Shown: positions 1 through 12,300 of the stretch, piece by piece
Numbering within the stretch: the stretch's first letter is position 1
How the letters are laid out: each line of letters starts with the position of its first letter
DNA from: Myxococcota bacterium
GTDB lineage: Bacteria; Myxococcota_A; UBA9160; UBA6930
Direction of reading: 5' to 3'
Assembly (NCBI GenBank): GCA_965223415.1
Contig: OZ245002.1
Coordinates: 5,024,001-5,088,000, forward strand
Length of the DNA: 64,000 bases
Position numbers and translations under genes: made by a program
The notes under the pieces: model-generated
Told to the model about the DNA's origin: nothing
Database searches by the model: none
What the model saw: only the letters and a program-made list of their open reading frames with translations

Positions 1-126
1 GTGGGTGAGCTGGTGGGCCTTGGCCTCGGGCCAGCTCCCCGCCACGAACAGGCGGGCGCCGACCTCGGCCATCAGCACGACGAACGCGACGCTGGCGGCC
101 GCCAGCAGGAGCTCCACTCGGGTCAC
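1..126 (-). CDS. Partial CDS (N-terminus only, runs off window): membrane-anchored protein, possibly SGNH/GDSL-like
   Basis: GTG at 126 overlaps the dipeptidase stop (GTGA). Reads MTRVELLLAAASVAFVVLMAEVGARLF..., a hydrophobic anchor with an E-x3-R pattern. Not in the ORF track. Confidence 0.5.
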   Translation of the reverse strand, partial: MTRVELLLAAASVAFVVLMAEVGARLFVAGSWPEAKAHQLTH

Positions 127-1337
127 GGGGCTTCCGATCGGCCGTCGGGTCGGCGGGCTTCAGTCGCCCCGCCCTCCCGGGGCAACACGCTCCGCAGCAC
201 CCGGAGAGCGTTGCCCGCCAGGACCCCCCGGATCTCGTCGTCGCGGAAGCCCTCGGCGACGAGTGCGTCGACGAGGAGCGAGAGTCCCGTCGTGTCGAAG
301 GCGGTGGTGACAGCGCCGTCGAAGTCCGAGCCCAGGGCCACGTGATCGGCTCCCACGAGGTCGCGCACGTGGGCCGCGGCCCGGGCCACGTGCTCGGGGG
401 AGGTGCCGCACACCGCGCCGGCGAAGTAGCCGATGCCCACCACGCCTCCGGTGGCGGCGATGCCCCGAAGCTGGGCGTCCGCGAGGTTGCGCGGCCCCGG
501 ACAGGTGGCCTGGACGCCGGTGTGGGAGGCCACCAGGGGGCCGACCCCGAGCGCCAGGAGGTCGTCGACGGTCGCCGGCGAGGCATGGGCCACGTCGATC
601 GCCACCCCGAGCGCTCGCGCGCGCCGCACGGCGGCCCGGCCCAGCTCGGTGAGGCCGTACTTCGCCTCACCCGCCGATGAGCCGCCGACGCGGTTGTCGA
701 AGAAGTGGGTAGGCGCCATCATGCGCAGCCCCGCGGCGAACAGCGCGTCCACCCCGCCGAGCTCGCCGTCGAGGGCCTGCATGCCCTCGAGGCCCAGCAT
801 CCCGCCCACGACGGCCTCGCCCCGGCGCCGCGCCGCCACGACGGCGTCGAGGTCGGCCCGCGTCCGGACGATCCGCAGGCGGCCGTCGGATCCACCCGCG
901 AGCTCGACCAGGCGGGCCGCCTGATGCTCGGCCCGGGCCCGGCGACTCGTCCAGGTGGCCACGGGCCAGCGCTGGAGCACGGCCAGCAGGGTGATCAGGT
1001 CCGGCTCGTCGGCCGGGGTGCGCTCGAAGTTCTGGCCCGCGGGCACCTGGGTCACGAGACCGAACACCTGGAGCGCCACCTGGCCCTCCAACAGGCGGGG
1101 CAGGTCCACCTGGCCGTGGGCGAGCTGCCGGCTGAGGTCCCGATCCCAGAGGAGCGGATCCGCGTGGAGATCCACCGCACCGGCCTCGGCGAGGAGCGCG
1201 CGGGCGCGCTCGCTGCCCGCGAAGGGCGGCTCGCCCGCCACCCGGTTGATGCGGCGATCCAGCTCGCCGGGCAGCCAGAGAAAGGCGGCGAGCCCGAGCA
1301 GCGCGACCCCGCCGGCGACGAGGGCGAGCCACCTCAC
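123..1337 (-). CDS. Membrane dipeptidase (peptidase M19, amidohydrolase fold)
   Basis: N-terminal TM/signal; DLHAD, GLEG, DVAHAS, SHTG and GSDFDG metal-binding motifs. Confidence 0.9.
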   Translation of the reverse strand: MRWLALVAGGVALLGLAAFLWLPGELDRRINRVAGEPPFAGSERARALLAEAGAVDLHADPLLWDRDLSRQLAHGQVDLPRLLEGQVALQVFGLVTQVPAGQNFERTPADEPDLITLLAVLQRWPVATWTSRRARAEHQAARLVELAGGSDGRLRIVRTRADLDAVVAARRRGEAVVGGMLGLEGMQALDGELGGVDALFAAGLRMMAPTHFFDNRVGGSSAGEAKYGLTELGRAAVRRARALGVAIDVAHASPATVDDLLALGVGPLVASHTGVQATCPGPRNLADAQLRGIAATGGVVGIGYFAGAVCGTSPEHVARAAAHVRDLVGADHVALGSDFDGAVTTAFDTTGLSLLVDALVAEGFRDDEIRGVLAGNALRVLRSVLPREGGATEARRPDGRSEAP

Positions 1338-1376
1338 GCGCTAGCGCACGAGCCGATCGAGGCCCCGCATGGCGGC

Positions 1377-2801
1377 CTACAGAACCAGCCGGTCGACGAC
1401 CCGGGAGAGCTGCTTCAGGTTCCGGCACTCCTCGGCGACGTCCGTATGGGGCAGGTATTTGTCCATCACGCTGTCGCCGAAGCCCCAGGCGGAGGGGCTC
1501 TCCGGGTTCAGCCAGACGACGTCCTTGGCCTTGTTGCGGATGTCGCGCAGGCACCAGGCGCGGGGGTCGTTGTAGTTGTTCCGGGCGTCGCCCAGGATGA
1601 GCACGGTCGTCTTGTTGTCGATGGAGGACAGGAAGTTCTGCCAGAAGTGGTGGAAGGCGAAACCGAAGTTCGAACGGGTATAGACGTTGATCACGTCGCC
1701 GCCGTCGAGGGCCTTCTCGATGGCGTCGTTGATGTCCTTGTCCTTGAAGACCTGGGTCACCTCGCCCAGCTCGGACACGAAGACGAAGGCGCGGATCTTC
1801 GTGAAGCACTCCTGCAGGCTGTACATGAACTGCAGCATGAAACGGGAGACGTTGGCCACGGAGCTCGAGACGTCGCAGAGAATCACCAGCTTCGGCTTCT
1901 CCTTGCGGCGCTGCTTGAAGATCAGGTCGAAGGGCACGCCGCCGTGGGCCATGTTGCGGCGCAGCATGGTGTGGAGGTCGAGCTTGCCCTTCTTGAGCCG
2001 GCGTTTGCGGATCGAGAGCACGTTCTTGATGCGCTGGGCCAGCCGGGCGACCACCTCGCGCATCTTCTTGATCTCGTCCTCGGTGAGGTTGTAGAAGCTC
2101 TTCTCGAGCAGGCTCTCGCGGCGGAACTTCTCCATGTAGTCGAAGTTCTGCTGCTGGAGCTGGCGCTCGGTGTAGTTCCGGACGCTCTTGCGCAGGGCCT
2201 CCAGGAACTTGTCGATCAGCTCCATCAGGGCTTCGACCTCGGCGTCGCCCATACCCGACTCGCGGAGCTGCTGGGCCAGCTCGCGGAGCTGGTCCCCGGC
2301 CCCCTCGGCGTCCATCTGCTCCATCGTGCGCCGGGTGAAGAAGCCCAGCTGGAGCATGTTCTCGATGCGCTCGACCCCGGCGGCCTCGGCCGCCTCCCGG
2401 ATCAGCTGCTCGAGCTTGTCCAGATCCTGGGTAAGCAGCGCCTTGGCGAGCTCCGACAGGTCGAGATCCTGCGGATTGCCCTCCATGTTCTGCATGCCGT
2501 CCTGGATGGCCTGCATCAGCTGCTCGAGGTCGAACTCGCCGCCCATCTCGCCTGCGGCGTTGTCGAAGGAGTTGCGCAGCCCGTCGTAGAAGGCCGACCA
2601 GTAGAGATCGAACATCTGGTCGAAGGTGGGGATGTCCTCGGAGCGCTTCACCATGGTGGTGCGCAGCGCGTCCTTGAAGATCTCCCGGTCGCCGAGGGAG
2701 AGCTCGTCGAGCGCCGTGAAGGCGTCGATCGACTCCGCCACCGACACCCGGATCCCGCTCTTCCGGAGCAGATTGGTGAAATCGACGATCTTCTGCTGCA
2801 C
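1377..2801 (-). CDS. VWA domain CoxE-like protein
   Basis: MIDAS DVSSS; GDARNN and WLNPE motifs; directly downstream of a MoxR ATPase. Confidence 0.88.
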   Translation of the reverse strand: MQQKIVDFTNLLRKSGIRVSVAESIDAFTALDELSLGDREIFKDALRTTMVKRSEDIPTFDQMFDLYWSAFYDGLRNSFDNAAGEMGGEFDLEQLMQAIQDGMQNMEGNPQDLDLSELAKALLTQDLDKLEQLIREAAEAAGVERIENMLQLGFFTRRTMEQMDAEGAGDQLRELAQQLRESGMGDAEVEALMELIDKFLEALRKSVRNYTERQLQQQNFDYMEKFRRESLLEKSFYNLTEDEIKKMREVVARLAQRIKNVLSIRKRRLKKGKLDLHTMLRRNMAHGGVPFDLIFKQRRKEKPKLVILCDVSSSVANVSRFMLQFMYSLQECFTKIRAFVFVSELGEVTQVFKDKDINDAIEKALDGGDVINVYTRSNFGFAFHHFWQNFLSSIDNKTTVLILGDARNNYNDPRAWCLRDIRNKAKDVVWLNPESPSAWGFGDSVMDKYLPHTDVAEECRNLKQLSRVVDRLVL

Positions 2802-2811
2802 GGGGACCCCT

Positions 2812-3807
2812 CTAGTGCAGGACGCCCTTCTTGGCGGGCTTCGGCGCTTCGGCCTCCGCCGGCTTGCCCTCCGGGGCGGCCTCGGTCGCTTCCTCCGCCT
2901 TGCGGGTGATCAGCCGGCCGAGCTCGGCCTGGGTCTTCTTGATGTCGCCCTCGTACTTGAGGATCACGTTCAGCGTGTCGCGCACCAGGTCCTCGTCCAG
3001 CTCGTTGGCGTTGAGCGCCAGGAGCGCCCGGGCCCAGTCGAGGGTCTCGCTGATCGAGGGCGTCTTCTTGAGGTCGAGCTTGCGCAGGCGCTGCATCACG
3101 CCCACCAGCTCTTCGGCCAGGCGTCGGTCGATGCCCTCGACCTTCTTGTCGAGGATCCTCACCTCGAGCTCCTCGGTCGGGAAGTCGATGTAGAGGTGGA
3201 GGCAGCGGCGCTTGAGCGCGTCGCTCATCTCCCGGGCGTCGTTCGAGGTGAGGAAGACGATCGGCTTGTGACGGGCCTCCAGGGTGCCGACCTCGGGCAC
3301 CGTGACCTGGAAGTCCGAGAGCACCTCCAGCAGGAAGGCTTCGAACTCCGGGTCGCTCTTGTCCACCTCGTCGATCAGGAGCAGCGTGGGCTGCTCGGCC
3401 TGGATCGCGCGGAGGAGCGGCCGGGGCACGATGAAGTTCTCGGAGAAGAAGACGCTGTCCTCCTCGCCCACCCGGGCGGCGGCGTCCTTGACCGTGGTGG
3501 TCCCGGCCATCGCCTCGGAGAACTTCTCCTTCAGGATCTGGGTGTAGAGGAGCTGCTTCGAGTACTCCCACTCGTAGAGGGCCTTGGCCTCGTCGAGCCC
3601 CTCGTAGCACTGCAGCCGGATCATCGGCCGCCCAGTGGCGGCGGAGACGACCTTGGCGAGCTCGGTCTTGCCGACGCCGGCCGGGCCCTCCACCAGCACC
3701 GGCTTCTCCAGCTTCGACGCCAGGAAGACCACCGTCGCGATGTTCTTGTCGCAGATGTAGTCCTGGGCGTCGAGCTGCTCGATGACTTGCTCGGGCGAGT
3801 CGAACAT
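2812..3807 (-). CDS. MoxR-family AAA+ ATPase (CoxD-like)
   Basis: Walker A EGPAGVGKT, RLQCYEGLD, Walker B LLIDEVDK, DALKRRC. Confidence 0.92.
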   Translation of the reverse strand: MFDSPEQVIEQLDAQDYICDKNIATVVFLASKLEKPVLVEGPAGVGKTELAKVVSAATGRPMIRLQCYEGLDEAKALYEWEYSKQLLYTQILKEKFSEAMAGTTTVKDAAARVGEEDSVFFSENFIVPRPLLRAIQAEQPTLLLIDEVDKSDPEFEAFLLEVLSDFQVTVPEVGTLEARHKPIVFLTSNDAREMSDALKRRCLHLYIDFPTEELEVRILDKKVEGIDRRLAEELVGVMQRLRKLDLKKTPSISETLDWARALLALNANELDEDLVRDTLNVILKYEGDIKKTQAELGRLITRKAEEATEAAPEGKPAEAEAPKPAKKGVLH

Positions 3808-3817
3808 GGGGCTCCTC

Positions 3818-5098
3818 TCAGCTCATGAGATGCAGAACGTGCCCGAGCTTCTCCTTCTTCGTACGCAGGTACTCGAAGTTCTTCTCGTTGGGCTCGATCT
3901 CGAGGGGCACCCGCTCGACGATCGCGAGCTGGTAGCCCTCGATGCCGGCGCGCTTGCCCGGGTTGTTGGTGATGATGCGCATCTTGCGCACCCCGAGGTC
4001 GTGCAGGATCTGGGCGCCCACGCCGTAGTCGCGCAGGTCGGCGGCGAAGCCGAGGCGCTCGTTGGCCTGGACCGTGTCGAGGCCCTCCGAGTCCTGCAGG
4101 CCGTAGGCCTTGATCTTGTTCTTGAGCCCGATCCCGCGCCCTTCCTGGCGCATGTAGAGGATCACGCCCTGGCCCTCGTTCTCGATCATCTTCATGGCGG
4201 CTTCCAGCTGCTCGCCGCAATCGCAGCGCAGGGAGCCGAAGGCGTCGCCGGTCAGGCACTCGCTGTGCACCCGGACCAGGATCTCGTCGTCCTCGCGGAT
4301 CTCGCCCTTCACGAGGGCGATGTGGTCGACGTGATCGATGTCGTTCTCGTAGACGACGGCCCGGAAGTCGCCGCCGCCCACGGTCGGCAGCACGCACTCG
4401 CCGGCCCCGCGCACCAGCTTCTCGTTGCGCAGGCGGTACTCGATCAGGTCCGCGACCGTGACGATCTTGAGATCGTGCTGTCGGGCGAAGGTGACCAGGT
4501 CCGGCATCCGGGCCATGGTGCCGTCGTCGTTCATGATCTCGCAGATCACGCCCGCCGGCTTCATGCCGGCCAGGCGGGCGAGATCAACGGAGCCCTCGGT
4601 CTGGCCGGCCCGGCGCAGGACGCCGCCGTCGCGGGCCCGCAGGGGAAAGATGTGGCCGGGCCGCACGATGTCCCGGGGCCGGGCGTCCTCGGCGATGGCC
4701 GTGGCGATGGTGTGAGCGCGATCGAAGGCCGAGATGCCCGTGGTCACGCCCTCGCGGGCCTCGATGGACACGGTGAAGGCCGTGCCGAAGCCGGACGAGT
4801 TCTCCGCGTCCGGCACCATCATCGTCAGGTTCAGCCGGTCGAGCTGCTCCTCGGTCATCGGCAGGCAGATCAGGCCACGGCCGAACTTCGCCATGAAGTT
4901 GATCGCGTCGGGCGTGACGGCCTCGGCTGCCATGCACAGATCGCCTTCGTTCTCCCGGTCCTCGTCGTCGACGAGGATCACCATGCGGCCGGCGCGGATC
5001 TCCTCGATGGCCGTGTCGACGGCGACGATGACGTCGCTCGCGTCCACCGGCAGGCGCGTGGGTTCAGCCGGGTCGGGCTGCGATCGGGGGTCGCTCAT
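3818..5098 (-). CDS. ribBA: Bifunctional 3,4-dihydroxy-2-butanone-4-phosphate synthase / GTP cyclohydrolase II
   Basis: [44 protein letters not shown] at 5098 chosen over the longer ORF-track start. Confidence 0.96.
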   Translation of the reverse strand: MSDPRSQPDPAEPTRLPVDASDVIVAVDTAIEEIRAGRMVILVDDEDRENEGDLCMAAEAVTPDAINFMAKFGRGLICLPMTEEQLDRLNLTMMVPDAENSSGFGTAFTVSIEAREGVTTGISAFDRAHTIATAIAEDARPRDIVRPGHIFPLRARDGGVLRRAGQTEGSVDLARLAGMKPAGVICEIMNDDGTMARMPDLVTFARQHDLKIVTVADLIEYRLRNEKLVRGAGECVLPTVGGGDFRAVVYENDIDHVDHIALVKGEIREDDEILVRVHSECLTGDAFGSLRCDCGEQLEAAMKMIENEGQGVILYMRQEGRGIGLKNKIKAYGLQDSEGLDTVQANERLGFAADLRDYGVGAQILHDLGVRKMRIITNNPGKRAGIEGYQLAIVERVPLEIEPNEKNFEYLRTKKEKLGHVLHLMS

Positions 5099-5186
5099 CG
5101 TTCCTCTCCGTACGGACCGCGAGGGTGGCACGGTTCCGTCGGGCGCGCGGCGGCCGGAGCTGGCGTTGGGGGGCAACTTGCTGAGC

Positions 5187-5215
5187 ACCCTATCAGCAGT
5201 TGACTCTCGTGTCAA
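5187..5215 (-). promoter_or_regulatory. Putative sigma70 promoter of ribBA, overlapped by inverted repeat TTGAC-N6-GTCAA (5200-5215)
   Basis: Minus strand TTGACA (5215-5210), 17 bp spacer, TAGGGT (5192-5187). Confidence 0.6.
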
Positions 5216-5309
5216 TCGCGGGAATTTCGCAAGTGCTGGTTCCCAAAGGGGTTTCGGCGCCTCAGCCTGACCGCAGGTCAGGCGGCGACCGGTCCTCGTT
5301 CGCTTCGCC

Positions 5310-5453
5310 CTGGCGCCGGGGACGGCCATCAACGAGGGCGCGCTCGGCTACCACCTGCGCGAAGGCGAGCACGACCTCACGAGCTGGGACTGGGAGCGCT
5401 TCCTCGACTGGGCGGACCGGGCGCTCCCGGGCGCACCTACTGGAGGTTCTTGA
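5310..5453 (+). pseudogene. C-terminal remnant of a CE15 glucuronoyl-esterase-like alpha/beta hydrolase
   Basis: Reads [39 protein letters not shown]...*. In-frame TGA upstream at 5268-5270 and no ATG/GTG/TTG start. Confidence 0.55.
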
Positions 5454-6084
5454 GCACGCCCTTCAGGAAGTCGTCCTCGGAGACGGCGAACTTCTCGTGG
5501 AAGGCGTGACGCGCGTCGAGGAAGCGGTAGACCCGGCGCAGCAGCTCGCGGAAGGTCTCCACCACGCCTTCGCCGCGCATGGCCACCGCGGGGAAGGTCG
5601 GGATGTCGCCCCAGGCGCTGCGGATCTCCTCGAGGTCCTTCACGTCCGGGAGGTCGCGCTTGTTGAACTGCACGACCTTCGGAATGGCGTCGAAGTCGAT
5701 GCCGTTCGACTTCAGGTTCGCCTCCATGTCGCGCCAGCTGTAGGCGTTGGCGCCGGCGGAGGAGCGCTGGGAATCGGCGACGAAGACCACGCCGTCGGCA
5801 CCGGCCAGCACGACCTTGCGAGTCGACTTGTGCATCACCTGGCCCGGCACGGTGAAGAGCTTCAGCTTCATGGTGAAGCCGCCGGAGGTGCCGAAGGAGA
5901 CCGGCAGGAAGTCGAAGTAGAGGGTGCGGTCGTCGGCCGTGTCGAGGGTGACCATCTTGCCGCGGGTCTCGGGGTCGAGCAGCTCGTGGAGCTTCTGCAG
6001 GTTCGTGGTCTTGCCCGAGAGCGCCGGCCCGTAGTAGACGAGCTTCAGCACGATCTCACGGCCCGCCATGTTGATCTGCACCAT
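5437..6084 (-). CDS. mglA: MglA-family small GTPase
   Basis: [33 protein letters not shown]; the symbol denotes the family, orthology unproven. Confidence 0.85.
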   Translation of the reverse strand: MVQINMAGREIVLKLVYYGPALSGKTTNLQKLHELLDPETRGKMVTLDTADDRTLYFDFLPVSFGTSGGFTMKLKLFTVPGQVMHKSTRKVVLAGADGVVFVADSQRSSAGANAYSWRDMEANLKSNGIDFDAIPKVVQFNKRDLPDVKDLEEIRSAWGDIPTFPAVAMRGEGVVETFRELLRRVYRFLDARHAFHEKFAVSEDDFLKGVLKNLQ

Positions 6085-6181
6085 CGGCCACGCTCCGCCC
6101 GGGCCTGGGGCCCGTGATGCCGGTCTCATCGGCAGGAAGCGGTCGGAAATGAAGGTGGCAGCCGGGGAAACGGCCTGCGGG

Positions 6182-7155
6182 TCAATCCCCGCGGAAGGCC
6201 CTCAGCAGGGCTCGGGCCCCGGCGGCCGGCGTGGCTCGTTGCGCCTCGACCTCGGCCTCCCAGCGGCGGACTTCCGCGGCGACGGCCGGGTGGGCGCGGA
6301 AGGCCTGGGCCAAGCCCTCCTCCACCAGGGTCCACATCCATTGGCGGGCCTGGGCGCGGCGACGGGCCTCGAGCTCGCCGCTGGCCTCGAGAGCCCGGCG
6401 GTGGCCCTGGACGGTCTCCCAGACCTCCGGGAGCCCCACCCGCTCGAGCGAGCTCACCGAGAGGACCCGCGGGCTCCAGCCGGGGGTGGTCGGCCGCAGG
6501 AGCTGGAGGGCTCCTTCGTGCTCGCCGCGGGTGCGTTCGGCGATGGCCTTCTGCTCGCCGTCGGCCTTGTTCACGATCAGAGCGTCGGCCAGCTCGAGGG
6601 CGCCCTTCTTGATGCCCTGGAGCTCGTCGCCGGAGCCGGGCTGGAGCAGCACGAGGAAGGTGTCGACCAGGGAGCGCACCGCCACCTCCGACTGGCCGAT
6701 CCCCACGGTCTCGACGATCACCACGTCGAAGCCTGCGGCCTCGCACAGAAGCAGCGCCTCCCGCGTGCGGTGGGCGACGCCGCCCAGGGCGCCGCCGGAG
6801 GGCGAGGGGCGGATGAAGGCGCGCTCGTCGCTGGCGAGCTGCTCCATGCGCGTCTTGTCGCCGAGAATGCTGCCGCCGGTCACCGGGCTCGAGGGGTCGA
6901 CCGCCAGCACGGCCACCCGGTGCCCCTCGGCGAGCAGGTGGAGGCCGAAGCTCTCGATGAAGGTGCTCTTGCCGACGCCGGGCGGGCCGGTGATGCCGAT
7001 CCGCACGGCGCCGCCGGTCTCCCCGACCAGCGCCTCGAGGATCTCCTGGGCCTGGGCCTGGTGGTCCTCGCGGGTGCTCTCGATCCAGGTGATGGCGCGG
7101 GCCAGGCTGCGGCGATCGCCCCGACGGATGGCGGCGGCGTGCTCCCGGGCGGAGG

Positions 7156-7159
<4 letters not shown>
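6182..7159 (-). CDS. meaB: Methylmalonyl-CoA mutase-associated GTPase MeaB/ArgK
   Basis: [44 protein letters not shown] overlaps the mutase stop (GTGA). Confidence 0.95.
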
Positions 7160-9288
<2,129 letters not shown>

Positions 9289-9360
9289 CTCCGCTCCTTC
9301 CGCCGCCCGCGCTTCGAGCCCCGTGGGGTCTCCGACGCGGCGGCCAGACGTTAGCCCCTG

Positions 9361-12300
9361 TCACATGGAGCGCCGGTAGCGCCCCCCGACCTGGAACAGC
9401 GCGTCCGAGATCTGTCCCAGGCTCGCCACCTGCACGGTCTCCATCAGCTCCCGGAAGAGGTTCCCGCCGCTTCGGGCCGTCTCCTGGAGCCGGGCAAGGG
9501 CCGGCGCGCAGGCCTCCCGGTGCCGGGCGTGGAACTCCGCCAGCCCCTCGATCTGGGCCCGCTTCTCCGCCTCGCTCGCGCGCATCAGCGCCACCGGCTG
9601 CTGCGCCTCCTCCGGCTCCGGGTTCAGGAAGGTGTTCACGCCCACGATGGGCAGCTCGCCCGAGTGCTTCAGGGATTCGTAGTGCAGGCTCTCGTCCTGG
9701 ATCTTGCCGCGCTGGTAGTGGGTCTCCATCGCGCCGAGCACGCCGCCCCGCTGGGACAGGCGCTCGAATTCCTGGAGCACCGCCTCCTCCACCGCGTCGG
9801 TGAGCCACTCGCTGAAGTAGGAGCCCTGCAGACCGTTCTCGTTCTTGGCCGCGCCGAGCTCCCGATTGATCACGAGCTGGATCGCGAGGGCGCGCCGCAC
9901 CGATTCGGGCGTGGGCGTCGTGACCGCCTCGTCGTAGGCGTTCGTGTGCAGGCTGTTGCAGTGGTCCTGGATCGCGGTGAGCGCTTGGAGCGTGGTGCGG
10001 ATGTCGTTGAAGGCCATCTCCTGGGCGTGCAGCGACCGGCCCGAGGTCTGGATGTGGTACTTGAGCTTCTGGCTGCGTTCGTCGGCGCCGTAGAGATCGC
10101 GCATCGCGATCGCCCAGATCCTCCGGGCCACCCGGCCGATCACGTTGTACTCCGCGTCGAGGCCGTTGCTGAAGAAGAAGGAGAAGTTCGGCGCGAACTC
10201 GTCCACGGCCATGCCGCGGGCCCGGTAGGCCTCCACGTAGGTGAAGCCATTGGCCAGGGTGAAGGCCAGCTGCGTAATCGGGTTCGCTCCCGCCTCGGCG
10301 ATGTGGTAGCCGGAGATCGAGACCGAGTAGAAGTTTCGCACCTGCTCGTCGACGAAGAACTGCTGGATGTCGCCCATCACCTTGAGGGCGAAGGCGGTGG
10401 AGAAGATGCAGGTGTTCTGGGCCTGGTCCTCCTTGAGGATGTCGGCCTGCACCGTGCCGCGGACCGTGCGCAGGACGTCGCCGCGGATGCGCGCGTAGGT
10501 CTCCGCGTCGACGGCCTCGCGGCCGGTGATCCCGAGCAGGCCGAGACCGAGGCCTTCGTGGCCCGGCGGCAGCTCGGCGCGATAGGCCGGGAGCGCGTCG
10601 CCGCCCTGGCGCTCGCGCACCGCCTCGAGCTGGCCCGTCTCGCGCAGGTGCTTCTCCACCCCCTGGTCGACGGCGGCATTCAGGAAGAGCGCCAGCACCA
10701 TCGGCGCCGGGCCGTTGATCGTCATCGACACCGAGGTCGACGGATCGCACAGGTCGAATCCGGAGTAGAGGCGCTTGGCGTCGTCGAGGGTGCACACGGA
10801 GACGCCGCTGGTGCCGATCTTGCCGTAGACGTCGGGACGTTCGGCGGGGTCACGCCCGTAGAGGGTGACGCTGTCGAAGGCGGTGGAGAGGCGGGTGGCC
10901 GGCTGCCCCTCGGAGACCAGGTGGAAGCGCCGGTTGGTGCGCTCCGGCCCGCCCTCCCCCGCGAACATGCGCGCCGGATCCTCCTCGGCGCGCTTGAACG
11001 GGAACACACCGCTGGTGAAGGGAAAGTGGCCGGGCAGGTTCTCCTGGCGCAGGTAGCGGGTGAGCTCGCCCCAGTCGCCCCCGCGTGGCACGGCGACCCG
11101 CGGGAGCTTCGTGCCGGAGAGGGTTTCGGCCCGGTTCTCGACGTGGACCTTTCGGCCGCGCACCTCGTAGGACTGGCTGTCCGCTTCGTAGCGGGTGCGC
11201 GTCTCCGACCACGCCTCCAGGGCCTCCCGGAGGGCCGGGTCGAGGGCGTCGCGGCGGGCGGCGTGCTCGGCGGCCACGACCTCGCGGGCGGTACCGGCCT
11301 CGGCGGGGAGCGCGTCTTCGGCGAGGGCGAGGGCCTGGGCGCTCCGGGCCTCCCCGGCCAGCGCCTCGGTGCGGTCCCGATAGCTCCGCACGCAGCCCGC
11401 GATCTCCTCCAGGTACCGCTCGCGGCCCGCGGGCACGAGCGGCGGCGGCTCGGCGATGCCCTTCGCCTCGCGCTCGGCCGGCCGCGCCAGCGCCGAGGCC
11501 CCATCGGCCACGAGCCGCTCGCGCAGCCGCTCGAACACGACGTCGACGCCCGGGTCGTCCCACTGGCTGGCCACGGTCGCGACCACCGGAACCGCCTCGT
11601 CGTCGGCGTCGAAGACGGTGTGGTTGCGGCGCCACTGCTTGCGGACGTCGCGCAGGGCGTCGAGGGCGCCGCGGCGGTCGGTCTTGTTCAGCACGACGAG
11701 ATCGGCGAGCTCGAGCATGTCGATCTTCTCGAGCTGGGACGGCGCGCCGTACTCGGGTGTCATCACGTAGACCGAAGTGTCCGCCAGGTCGACGATCTCC
11801 GAGTCGCTCTGGCCGATGCCGGCGGTCTCGATCAAGACGAGGTCGAAGTCCGCGGCCTGGAGCACCTGCACCGCGTCCCGGATCGCCCGGGAGAGCGCCA
11901 GGTGGGCCTGACGGGTCGCGAGGGAGCGCACGTAGACGGTCTCGCCCTGGATCGCATTCATGCGGATCCGATCGCCCAGGAGGGCGCCGCCGCTGCGGCG
12001 CCGCGAGGGGTCGACCAGCAGCAGGCCGATGCGCAGCGCGGGGAAGCCCAGCCGGAAGCGCCGGACCAGCTCGTCCACGACGCTCGACTTGCCGGCGCCG
12101 CCGGTCCCGGTGAAGCCGACGACCGGCGCCGGCGCCCGACCGCGCCGGCTCGCGAGGAGCGCGCGGGCCTCCGCGGCCTCTCCGTCCTCCGACGGTAGGA
12201 GGGACTCCAGCCAGGAGATCACCCGCGCGACGCTGCCGGGCCGATCGGCGGCGAGCTCGCGGAGGGCGTCGCCGAGGGGCGGTGCCGGAAGCGCGCGGCA

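Noticed and set aside
9289..9360. Cobalamin riboswitch near the B12 mutases
   Set aside because: The intergenic gap is too short and shows no B12-box-like sequence.
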